From Diplonema japonicum (taxonomy: Eukaryota > Protista > Euglenozoa: Diplonemea), in NCBI GenBank assembly GCA_964019335.1, contig OZ025681.1, positions 372,001-436,000 of the forward strand: a DNA stretch of 64,000 nt, in the 5' to 3' direction. A model generated the notes under the pieces. It was not told the DNA's origin, made no database searches, and saw nothing but the letters and a program-made list of their open reading frames with translations. This document shows positions 10,736-21,138 of the stretch, piece by piece (position 1 is the stretch's first letter; the number at the start of each line of letters is the position of its first letter). A program made the translations under genes and the position numbers.

Positions 10736-11007
10736 AAAAAAAGAAATTCAATATTAAAGGCCACTACAACAAAGGTTAATGACCTTTTTTTTTCCCCCTG
10801 CGTAACCATCCCTTTCTTTTTTTTTTTTGTAATATTTTTTTCTTTTTGTTCGTTTATAAATAGCGGTGGTCATTGTGCTCAAAAGTGGTACAAAAAAAAA
10901 GGGGGGGGGAAATAAAATCCGACTTTTCTTTTGAGCATGCTCACTAGATGTGCGCAACAACAAAAAAAAGGGGGCCGGATTTAGACTGTAAGTAAAAAAA
11001 AGAAAAT

Positions 11008-11402
11008 TAGCTATTTTATTGCCAACAAGTAATGAGTCATTATTTAACTCGAGTTCCCGAATTGTATTATATATGATGGCTCACTTGGCGGTAAGTCGTT
11101 TTATTTCACTCTTTCGTCATTTGAGTCACTCACTCTTCACTGTTTTCACTTTTTCTTTTTTTTTTTTTTTTTTTTTTTTTCACACGCAGGTCAGCTTTTT
11201 TAGGCACTTTAAGGGCCGGAATGGCTAAAATAGTCAAAATACCCCCACCCCAAAAAGATTTTTCAAGGGGTTGGGTACATTTTCTTTCACGACAAGACCC
11301 ATTTTTTCACTCTGAAGCGCCATTATTTAACTGCAAAATCTCATTATTTAAGCGTTAAATAATGAGGCCCCAGTGAGTGAAGAAAATGACGAAGAGTGAA
11401 AA
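11008..11402 (-). mobile_element. Diverged subfamily of the Helitron-like repeat (partial copy at ~12335-12445)
   Basis: GCTATTTTATTGCCAACAAGTAATGA end; inverted pair TTCACTCTTTCGTCATTT / AAATGACGAAGAGTGAA. Confidence 0.5.
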
Positions 11403-11875
11403 AAAAGGGGGGGGGGAAGGCGATGTTTAAGGTGAAATCCCACTGATGACCACTCTTACCTTTTTGGAGCCTCGCTTGCTTTTTTTTACACCTCTCGTTC
11501 TTCTTTTCGACTGGCTTTGGTTCGCACCGCTGTCACCAGGCGACATGTCCCCGGAGGTATCCATATCAGCAGCGACCCCGTATAGATTTGAAAAAAGGTT
11601 TATCATAACATTAACAAAAATAGAAGAAAAAAGTGTTTTTTTTTTCTTCTTTTTTTTCCATTTTTTTTTTCTTTTTTTTTTTTCATTTTTCAACATCATT
11701 GGCCTCTTTTCCTAAAATTCAAACAATTCAAAATTCTTTTGGAAAATTCTTTTTTCTCAGCCGACCCTTGTTGCAAGATTTCCGAGGGATACGGGAAGAA
11801 AAAAAAAGAAAGAAAAAAAAAAAAAAGAAAAAAAAACTCGATAAAATTTCAGTGTGCATGGAGGTGCTCACTGTG

Positions 11876-11910
<35 letters not shown>

Positions 11911-12489
11911 CAGGCTATCACTCAGAGTAAATTTCTGCAACACACAAGGTGGACTTTTCTTTCTGATTTTTTTGTTCGTTTTTAAAAAGAAAATATCCCA
12001 CATAGAAATCTTACCTCTGCTTTCCCGCTTGAACAGGCCGTTGCCTTGTATGTGCCAACATCCCCCTTTTGTTTAGACAAGTCAAAGACTCGTTCTTGCA
12101 AACAAAAAGAGAACACAAAAAAAAGGGGGGGGAGGATTAAAAAGAGTTGGCGTTTTGTTGTTCGTGCAAAGCTGAGGTTTATCTGCAGAAAGCTCAGAAA
12201 GCACGGAACGAAACCGCCTTTGTTATCTTTCCCCCCTCTAGAAAAAAAAATAGAAGTAGAATAGACAAGAGAAGAAAAAAAAACATTCCATACCGTACAA
12301 AGAGACAAAAAAATTGCTAGGTCACTCTGACCGAAGCCCCATAATTTAACTCCAAAATTTCATTATTTAACTAGTTAAATTATGGCCGTTTCGCGTTAAA
12401 TTACGAGGCCCCTAGCGAGTGAAGAAAATGACGAAAAGAAAGAAATATAACATAGAAGAAAATATAAATACACACTACAGGTAGCACAT

Positions 12490-15078
12490 TCAGTTTGCGG
12501 TAGAGACCGTGACCACAGCTGCTTCACCAGAAACGTAGCATTGTAGAAGGTTCGGCGAAGGTCCCAGTAGTCTGTCCAGTGCGACAAGCTGTTCTTTACT
12601 AAGCTCGGCTGCGATAGCACGGTCCACCTCGCCCTGTCGCTTTCCTGTGCGTGCCACTTCTGCAAAGTGAGGGTAAAGATTGTCACTTCTAAAGTTCCCG
12701 ATCTGGTACATCCACTCCTGCTCCACCTGTATGGAGGCCTGCTGGAGGCAGTACATGACAGAGGGCTTTTCTTGGAAGATCTGCAGGACCCCGACAGCCT
12801 CCAGGACGTAGCTCCCTGTGAGGCGCTCCTTAAGCTTCTCCCCCAAGACTGCCACGGGACGCTTCACCTCCTTTTGAAGATGCGAAGCATAAGCCTGCGC
12901 ACCTTGCAGGTGTTCCATTACTAGGCCACACATCCCGAACCCACGGTGAGTCTGTGACCCGAGGTTCCCCGCCTGCACCGTCCCGTGGGCCATCCCAACC
13001 GACACGCTCATCCCCTTGCACACCTCCGACCTTAGTATTGTGTTTGCGAACAGTGCTGCCCTCATCGGGGTGTCGGCACATTTGCTCGACACATTCCATG
13101 TCACGTAGAAGCTCAGCGGGTCGTGCGGGGCGAACCCGTGCACCACTCCCTTTGTTGTCTGACCCGCCTGCTCTACCAGCTCAGTGAGGGCCACGAACGA
13201 GTCAGGGATGCGGATACTTCTCCCGTTCCCTGTGTACCGTGCTACAGCACTGGTATCGTTGCCCTGTGTCTCGAACCGTACCTTCACGAAGCTCCCATTT
13301 ACCGTCACTTGGGACAGCACTGTGGCGTTCATGTGCGTAGCCCGCTGCGAGTACGTCGTCGTGATGTCCTCTGTGCACGAGAGCCGCGAGCGCGCCATCG
13401 ACTCCGTCGCAGAATCTGTAAGCTCGTCGGTCTCCTCTGCGAACAATGTGTTCGGGAGGAAGGCCTTGTACTCCTTCAGCGCCTTGCAAGCCAACACCAA
13501 GCCCTTCGACACTGCATGCACCTCCTTCACAGACAAGCACTTCGAGAACGTGATTCTGTTCAAGTTCTCCTCAACCACATCGGGCTCAAATGTCTGCAGG
13601 TTGTCCAGCGTCCCTGCTATCCTGTTCAGTGGAATCGCCACGAGGAAGATCTCCAGGAGCGCCATCGTCGCGTCGAACACAAACACCAGACACGCAAAGG
13701 TGATGAAGACCACCAGTGCCGCCATCACCTTGTTCTCCACAGACCGTGTCGTCGTGAGCCACAGGATGGCAGAGTCGATGCTGGGTGTGTTTGAGGCGGG
13801 GACGAAGGTGAACAACTGTGTCTGTCGCAAGAAGTGCTCGGACCCATCAAGGTTCTTCTTCCAGAACACCGAGTCTGGACGGGGCTCCTCCCTTGCGAAC
13901 CCAGCACTCCTCCACCCTGCCTGGATCACCGAAGACATGTTCACAATGCTCACTGCACAGTCTGTGATTTTCTTTTTTTGCTCCCCGTGCCTGTCCTCCT
14001 TCCAGCAATCCTTGTTGATCATGGTCTGTCCAGTGGTTGCTGCGTAGACGATCTCTGTCGTCTGGTCGTAGATGATCACTGTCGTGTCCTCGTGTTGCTT
14101 TGCATATGTGGTGATCGCCTCCTCCCACACTGAAAACACGAGGTAAGTCTGAAGCCAGACCTGCTTGTACTGCGACCACGGGTGCGGGGGAGGGGGTGCA
14201 AGGTACCCTGTGTCGAAGGCGCAGTACACGTAAGGGTTGTTGTCGGAAGCGTACCAAGCGGCGGGAGGCCTGAAGCGTGTGAGGACAGCCCGCCCCTCCC
14301 CACGTATGAAAGAGTCACCCGGGTAGGTGTCGGGAGTGTACTTCGTGAAGTCACCGTCATGAGGGAGCCCGTACTTCTGAGGCCAGTCGAAGGTGTTGAA
14401 GGAGTAGTTGTAGGCGTACTCGTTCAAGCTTCCGTTTACCTCGTGGAGGGACGTGGCGATAACCTTCTGGTGCACCCATGGGTCCGCGTTGATGTTGTAG
14501 GCCTTTGGGTTGAGGTGTTGCCCGTAGGAAGCGAAGATGTACTCCCTCGACTCGTCCTCCTTCAGGTCGTACCAGGTGTGGGTGAGCTGCCCAGCAGGGT
14601 CCTCCCGCTCCCAAGGGACGAGGATGAGGCCAATACCTTCGATCGATTTGCTGTTGGCGACACGGGACCATTCTTTCCAACGGATGAGCTTGGTCCACTC
14701 TTTGGTGACGCTTTCAGGAACTTCGATGAAGTTTGTGGTGGCGTTCCTCACGATGGGGACAGGGCTCTGTATGATGGGGTCTTCAACAGACATGAAGAGG
14801 TCGAGGAGCTCCTTAGATGCGGCCTTCACCTCGTCAAAGGTCCCGAGGATCTCGTCCTTCAGGCGGCCCACCTCCGTCTCCGATGAGCTCTCCACAACGC
14901 TCTCAAGTGACTCCACCGACTGCAGGTACATCCACACACCCCCTGCCACTGAGCACACCGTCGACACGAGTGTTGTCATCACAATCAGAACTGTTACATT
15001 CACACGGCCGCCTCTGTCATAGCGCACTGTGCCTTTCTCAGGAGTCGTCCCAACAGTTGTGACCACAGTCGCGGGCAT
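12490..15078 (-). CDS. Receptor-type pseudo-cyclase, paralogue 2
   Basis: Long blocks near-identical to 2982-5582; start MPATVV at 15078. Confidence 0.8.
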   Translation of the reverse strand: MPATVVTTVGTTPEKGTVRYDRGGRVNVTVLIVMTTLVSTVCSVAGGVWMYLQSVESLESVVESSSETEVGRLKDEILGTFDEVKAASKELLDLFMSVEDPIIQSPVPIVRNATTNFIEVPESVTKEWTKLIRWKEWSRVANSKSIEGIGLILVPWEREDPAGQLTHTWYDLKEDESREYIFASYGQHLNPKAYNINADPWVHQKVIATSLHEVNGSLNEYAYNYSFNTFDWPQKYGLPHDGDFTKYTPDTYPGDSFIRGEGRAVLTRFRPPAAWYASDNNPYVYCAFDTGYLAPPPPHPWSQYKQVWLQTYLVFSVWEEAITTYAKQHEDTTVIIYDQTTEIVYAATTGQTMINKDCWKEDRHGEQKKKITDCAVSIVNMSSVIQAGWRSAGFAREEPRPDSVFWKKNLDGSEHFLRQTQLFTFVPASNTPSIDSAILWLTTTRSVENKVMAALVVFITFACLVFVFDATMALLEIFLVAIPLNRIAGTLDNLQTFEPDVVEENLNRITFSKCLSVKEVHAVSKGLVLACKALKEYKAFLPNTLFAEETDELTDSATESMARSRLSCTEDITTTYSQRATHMNATVLSQVTVNGSFVKVRFETQGNDTSAVARYTGNGRSIRIPDSFVALTELVEQAGQTTKGVVHGFAPHDPLSFYVTWNVSSKCADTPMRAALFANTILRSEVCKGMSVSVGMAHGTVQAGNLGSQTHRGFGMCGLVMEHLQGAQAYASHLQKEVKRPVAVLGEKLKERLTGSYVLEAVGVLQIFQEKPSVMYCLQQASIQVEQEWMYQIGNFRSDNLYPHFAEVARTGKRQGEVDRAIAAELSKEQLVALDRLLGPSPNLLQCYVSGEAAVVTVSTAN

Positions 15079-15412
15079 CGTTGCACCTGAGTGAGAAGGT
15101 ACGGGATATGGAAAGCTGCAAATTCTATGAGCACAGTAAACTGCCGGTAACGAAAGTAACTGATTGAACTCGCAGAGTCTGGAAAGACTCAGGGCTCTTA
15201 AGAAGCAACAGAAACAAATAGAACTAATCAATTTGCTCTGGCCATTTGCTGCCAGAAACGAGGTAACCGTTGGGTTAACCCTGTATACTACGGGAGTATA
15301 CCTATGAAGAAGAACTTAATTCGTAAAGGAAGGAAGAACTGATTTTCATTTTTTTTGCTTAAAGATGTGATATCGTTTAAGGATAAAGAAGAACTCTTGG
15401 CACGCAAAGAAA

Positions 15413-15715
15413 AAAATTCGATAAAGTTTCAGTGTGCATGGGGGTGCTCACTGTTCAAGAAGAAATTCACACTAATCGGTCACACCGTTCTGCGGTTGCT
15501 GTCTGGTGCCTGAGGTGGCTGGCTGTCGCGACGAGCTGGACGGCATCTGGGCGAGAAACATTATGGAGCCGTGGAAGGTAGAGGCTCGAGGAGAAGAGTG
15601 GTGTCCTGTCGTAGCATTGGCAGGGAAAGCAGTGCGCCCCCCTTTCCCTGCACATCTTTGGATGCGACCCAAGAGATATCGTTTTGTTTGTGCGCACGAG
15701 CGGAATTTTACCTAA
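15413..15715 (-). mobile_element. Degenerate retroelement 3' relic with stem-loop end
   Basis: End motif TCGATAAA.TTTCAGTGTGCATGGGGGTGCTCACTGT is shared with 805, 10533, 11836 and 16402; an internal segment recurs at 59565-59620. Confidence 0.55.
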
Positions 15716-16059
15716 TAAAATAGCTCATTACGCTGCCATCAACTAGTTTTTAGTCTCGACAATAATATTGTTAAAACAAAAAAGAGAAAAAGAGTCGGCA
15801 ATCTACTTCGCATTTGTTGATGCACACGGTTCAAAATCCGAGAAGTGCTACCGCCTTATAAAAAAGAGAGAAGAAAAAGTAGAAAAAAAGTTGTCTCGAT
15901 TTTAGTGGTGCCATGCAGTATGTGACACAGCGGCCACCCTTGTGAAACTTCGCCCCGAAGCCTCCCAAGTCCCCTGTGGTCCCGTAGAAAGTAAAAGTGG
16001 AGAAGTAAAGAAAGCTTGGAAATTGAAATAGGGAGAGGGGCCACAGAAGCAATTAAACA

Positions 16060-16560
16060 CCAACTGGAGAGTTGTGGGAGGCTTGCTTCACTGGCACGAT
16101 GCCGCGGGGAGGCTACTTGCCTGACCTGGTGAAGCCACCTCCTTGTTCGATGTAATGGGATAAGGGACTCTCCGTTGAGGGCGATGCTAACTGGCGCCAC
16201 ACGTAGGGTGGGCTCTCCCCCCCCGTCCAGGTTTCCCCACGTGTACGGCTTTAGAACGAGAGTTTCCCTTTCGCTTGTGTTTCTCCAAACCACAATTACC
16301 AGGAACCACCACAGGGAGGTTGGAAACATTGGTCCCCAAAAAAGATGCTTTCAAGTTTGCGGGCTTTGCTAATTAGAAAACCTCCGATTCGGAAAATCCT
16401 AAGTTTCGGTGTGCGGGTGGGTGCTCACCGTTCTCTTACCGTCGCGATGAGATGGGCTCGAGGAGAAGAGAAGTCTCCTGTAGTAGCAGTAGCCGTGTGA
16501 TGTGGGCCAAGATGGCGTAGGATATGCATGCTCAGTTTGTGTGCCCTCGCGTTGGCCATG
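16060..16560 (-). mobile_element. Two adjacent degenerate retroelement relics
   Basis: YTWGNLDGGGEPT...RRWLHQVR and YRRLLFSS resemble the family; a stem-loop end is present at 16402-16430. Confidence 0.4.
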
Positions 16561-16573
16561 CCGCGGTGTTACT

Positions 16574-19096
16574 TTAGTTAGAAGACACTTGCTGGTTGGT
16601 GATAACAGCAGAGAAGAAGCACTCCAGAATGCCATCAGGAGGACCCAGCAGCCGCTGAAAGGCGTGTTCTTGTTCCTTGCTGAGGCGGCCTCTGGTGCTT
16701 GCTTCGAGCTTGCATTCCACAGAAAGCGTACCTGTGCGAGCCACTTCCTCGAAGTAGACAAGCAGCGGGTCGGTTTTCATACTAACAAGTTGATACATCC
16801 ACTCCTCCTCCGCGTTGTCAGAAGGCTTCCTCAGGCAGAACATCACATGTGCTTTATTGTCAGGCATACGCATCGCACCCACCGATTCCAGCACGAATCT
16901 CCCTGTAAGAACCTCGGCCATAACAGAGGACATTACAGTAACAGGTGTCTTCGCAATCCTTTGCAAACTACAAGCATATGTCTGCACACCATGTAGCTCG
17001 TCCATCACCAGACCACACATCCCGAACCCACGGTGCGTCTTCGACCCGAGGTTCCCCGCCTGCACCGTTCCGTTTGCTATCCCGATTGATACATTCACCC
17101 CCTTGTGCTCTGACCACATCAGATAGTACGCAAACTGTGCTGCGCAGACCTGCGTGTCGGCACACTTGCTCGACACATTCCATGTCACGTAGAAGCTAAG
17201 CGGGTCGTGCGGGGCGAACCCGTGCACCACCCCCTTTGTCGTTTGGCTCGTATGTTCCACCAGCTCCGTCAACATGGCGAAGTTGTCAGGGATGACACCT
17301 GATTCAATACACTCGAACCGTACCTTCGCAAAGCTCCCCTTCACCGTCTGCAGGGACAGCCCTGTACGGTGGTCGGAGGATCGTAGCTGCAGCAAAGAGG
17401 AAACGCGTGCTGGTGAGTCTGCCCTACAGAGAGGGGGCGTAGTTGTTGCAATTGATTCAACTTCCAAGGATTCGACCACGAACAATGTGTTCGGGAGGAA
17501 GGCCTTGTACTCCTTCAGCGCCTTGCAAGCCAACACCAAGCCCTTCGACACTGCATGCACCTCCTTCACAGACAGGCACTTCGAGAACGTGATCCTGTTC
17601 AAGTTCTCCTCAACCACATCGGGCTCGAATGTATGCAAATCTGCCATTGAGCTCGCTATCCTGTTCAGTGGAATCGCCACGAGGAAGATCTCCAGGACCG
17701 CCATCGTCGCGTCGAACACAAACACCAGACACGCAAAGGTGATGAAGACCACCAGTGCCGCCATCACCTTGTTCTCCACAGACCGTGTCGTCGTGAGCCA
17801 CAGGATGGCTATGTCCATGGCCGGCTCCCCAGAGGCGGGGACGAAGGTGAACAACTGTGTCTGTCGCAAGAAGTGCTCGGACCCATCAAGGTTCTTCTTC
17901 CAGAACACCGAGTCTGGACGGGGCTCCTCCCTTGCGAACCCAGCACTCCTCCACCCTGCCTGGATCACCGAAGACATGTTCACGATCCTCACCGCACACT
18001 CCTTGATATCCTTGTCAGACCTCCTGTCCTCCTTCCAGCAAATCTCACTGATCATGGTCTGCCCAGTGGTTGCTGCGTAGACGATCTCTGTCGTCTGGTC
18101 GTAGATGACCACTGTCGTGTCCTCGTGTTGCTTTGCGTATTCAATAATCACGTCCTCCCAGATTTCAAACACGAGGTAAGTTTTAACCCAGACCTGCTTG
18201 TACTGCGACCACGGGTGCGGGGGAGGGGGTGCGAGGTACCCTGTGTCGTAGCCGCAGTACACGTAAGGGTTGTTGTCGGAAGCGTACCAAGCGGCGGGAG
18301 GCCTGAAACGTGTGAGGACAGCCCGCCCCTCCCCACGTATGAAAGAGTCACCCGGGTAGGTGTCGGGAGTGTACTTCGTGAAGTCACCGTTGTGTGGGAA
18401 GCCGTACTTCTTTGGCCAGTACATAGTATCGAACGAGTAATTGTAAATGAAAGTGTCCGAACTCCCGTTGTTTTCGTACAAAGACGTCGCAGCGATCTTA
18501 GGAGGAACCCACGGGTCCTCGCTGATGTCGTGGGCAGCCGTGAGGTGCTGCCCATAAGAAGCATGCACGTACTCCCTCGAACCGTCTTCCATCAAATCGT
18601 ACCAGACGAGAGTGACGAAAGCTGCGGGGTCCTTTTCCTCCCAAGGAACAAGCACCAACCCTATTCCCTCAAGCACATCGCTGTTGGTAAGACGGGACCA
18701 CGCCTTCCAGCGGACCAGGTTCGCCCACTCTTCAGTTGCGTTAAAAGGAATTTCTATGAAGTTTGTGGATGCATTCCTCACGATGGGGACAGGGCTCTTG
18801 ATGACAGGAGTTTCAATAGACATAAACATATCTATAAGCTCATCAGAGGCGGTCTTGACCTCCATAAAGGTGTTGACGATTTCGTCCTTCAGGCGGCCCA
18901 CCTCTGTTTTTGATGAGCTCTCCACAACGCTCTCCAGTGACTCCACCGACTGCAGGTACATCCACACACCCCCTGCCACTGAGCACACCGTCGACACGAG
19001 TGTTGTCATCACAATCAGAACTGTTACATTCACAAGGCTACCTTTGTTGTAGTCCACCGGTTCTTCCGGGTTGACAAAAAAGACCTCTGTTTTCAT
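16574..19096 (-). CDS. Receptor-type pseudo-cyclase, paralogue 3
   Basis: 840-aa ORF with the same architecture; a long sense-strand oligo(T) tract lies upstream (plus-strand A-runs at 19147-19196). Confidence 0.8.
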   Translation of the reverse strand: MKTEVFFVNPEEPVDYNKGSLVNVTVLIVMTTLVSTVCSVAGGVWMYLQSVESLESVVESSSKTEVGRLKDEIVNTFMEVKTASDELIDMFMSIETPVIKSPVPIVRNASTNFIEIPFNATEEWANLVRWKAWSRLTNSDVLEGIGLVLVPWEEKDPAAFVTLVWYDLMEDGSREYVHASYGQHLTAAHDISEDPWVPPKIAATSLYENNGSSDTFIYNYSFDTMYWPKKYGFPHNGDFTKYTPDTYPGDSFIRGEGRAVLTRFRPPAAWYASDNNPYVYCGYDTGYLAPPPPHPWSQYKQVWVKTYLVFEIWEDVIIEYAKQHEDTTVVIYDQTTEIVYAATTGQTMISEICWKEDRRSDKDIKECAVRIVNMSSVIQAGWRSAGFAREEPRPDSVFWKKNLDGSEHFLRQTQLFTFVPASGEPAMDIAILWLTTTRSVENKVMAALVVFITFACLVFVFDATMAVLEIFLVAIPLNRIASSMADLHTFEPDVVEENLNRITFSKCLSVKEVHAVSKGLVLACKALKEYKAFLPNTLFVVESLEVESIATTTPPLCRADSPARVSSLLQLRSSDHRTGLSLQTVKGSFAKVRFECIESGVIPDNFAMLTELVEHTSQTTKGVVHGFAPHDPLSFYVTWNVSSKCADTQVCAAQFAYYLMWSEHKGVNVSIGIANGTVQAGNLGSKTHRGFGMCGLVMDELHGVQTYACSLQRIAKTPVTVMSSVMAEVLTGRFVLESVGAMRMPDNKAHVMFCLRKPSDNAEEEWMYQLVSMKTDPLLVYFEEVARTGTLSVECKLEASTRGRLSKEQEHAFQRLLGPPDGILECFFSAVITNQQVSSN

Positions 19097-19656
19097 ATCT
19101 CTGCTTTACCTGGGTTTGAATAAGGGAAAGAGTGGAAAGAATGGGTAAAAAAAAAAAAAAAAAGAATAAATAAAAAAAAAAAAAAAAAAAAAAAAACAAG
19201 GGTCGGTGAAGAAGAAAAAAAAAAAGAAAAGAAAAATCAGATTGCTAACTACACAATTAGAAAACTTAATAAATAAAGTGAAATAAGCCCGATTCTGTGG
19301 AATCCCCCAATTGTCATTTTTCTTTTCTCTTTTTTTTTTTTTTCTTTCTTTCTTTTTTACATGGGGCTGTAAAGTCCCAGAAAAGCCCAACTGATACCCC
19401 ACATAAAAAGTGTTGAAATGGAGCTCCCAATCTCTTGCGTGATTAGAAACATGTCGCATTCTCAAGAAACAAACAAAAGATAAATCGGGGGGGGGGGGGG
19501 ATAGGAAAAAAGAAGATAATGAGTTGCTGGGGCAAGCGGCTAGGCGTTTACAATCTCTCGGGGGGGGGGGGGGGATCTACCCTATTTCAGCCGATTGAGT
19601 CATTTCACAAGCTCCTGGGCTTCCCACGTACGCAGGAGCCAAGGCAACTCCAGTAA

Positions 19657-20400
19657 TAGCTATTTACTGCCAACAAGTAATGACTTTACCGTTACCTCGA
19701 GGTTCCGCATTTTACCGTCGAGGGCCCACAGGGCCCGAGATGGTAAAATGCGGAACCGAGAGGTCGGTAAAGCATTACTTGGCGGTAGGTAAGTGGTTTT
19801 ATTTCACGACACTCAGAAATTACTTCACCACGAGGGGCACAACAGGGTGATAAGGGGTACAACAAGAGAGGGGTTACAAAGGTTACAATACAAGTTATTT
19901 TTCCTCCTCTTGTTGACTAAGAGCTGCCGCTGTCGCTGGCATTGCCACTGTCACCATCTCTAATCAGGCCTTCTCATACCTAGCGCGGCCGCTGGCTCCT
20001 TTTTTTCTGCTGCTTCGGTATATTGAAGTCATTTGGGGTGCTTGGGTAAGCTGACTAAGTTACCCTTACCCACAGAAGAGTTACCCCCAGAAACTGGGAA
20101 CAAGGCCTAGCCAAAAGTGGGCAAATTGGGAGGAAAAAGTAGTCCAACTTGGAACTGAGCCGAGGCAAAAGTTGGCCAATTGAGCTGAACCTGGGGGGAA
20201 ATAGCAAACTGAGAGGAAAAAGTAGCCCCACTGGGAACCGAACCGAGGCAAAAATTGGCCTACCGAGGCATATTATTTAACGGAAACCCCCTATTACTTC
20301 ACGGAAAACAGGCCATTATTTCACCGTGAAGTAATGAGATTTAGCGTGAAGTAATGGGCCCCCCAGTGCGTGAAGTAATTTCTGAAGAGTGAAATAAAAT
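19657..20400 (-). mobile_element. Non-autonomous Helitron/Helentron-like repeat (longest copy)
   Basis: Reverse-complement homology with 6967-7432 and 48545-48880; asymmetric inverted repeats (~19797-19828 / ~20370-20399); hairpin at ~19702-19757. Confidence 0.6.
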
Positions 20401-21138
20401 TCACTATGATAGGAACGAAGTGGTTAGCAACGGCCCGCAATAAAAAAAAAAAATCATCGACGTGGCATTGCTTTAAAAAGCTATGAGAAGTTTGCTCCTC
20501 ATAACAAGGCCACCTGAAGTGACAGACCGGGACCTAAGGCTCATGCTGGAATCTAAAAGGAAAAACTAGCCTAAATAAAACAAGATTCTTAAAAAGCTTT
20601 TTCTGGGGGGTTTTTACGGTGCAGTGGGAACGGGGAAAAGAATATTCCGGGAGGAATAAAGGGGGAAACACCTTCCCCCCTTCCGGACACTTGCCGCGAC
20701 CGGAAGTTTTTCCTTCTTACGGGAGCTCTTTTGTTCTTTTTTTTTCTCTTTTCATCAAGCTTTCAGAATGTACTTGTAGATGCTACAGTAGTCAGCTTTT
20801 ATCGAGTTTCTCCCCCCCTAAGAAAAGAACCTAGGGGGAAAGAGTGCTAGCAACGGAACACCGAAACAGAAAAAAAAACATAAGAGATAAAGGAGGCCAT
20901 CTACTTGATTAGCACCTCTGTAGCACTAGGGTCTACCGTGATGACCGACAAGGAGATCAACAGCGTACATATACTTCTTTGTATCCCCATGCTATCTCCA
21001 GTTTTAGTCGGTTTTAAGCATTTTTTGTTTGTGCACACGGAAAAAGAAATCTGCACACACCCCACATATTATTTATCACCCCCCCCAAAAAAAGAAGAGT
21101 TTCTTTTTTTTTTCTTCTTCTTTTTTTTTTTTTTTTTT

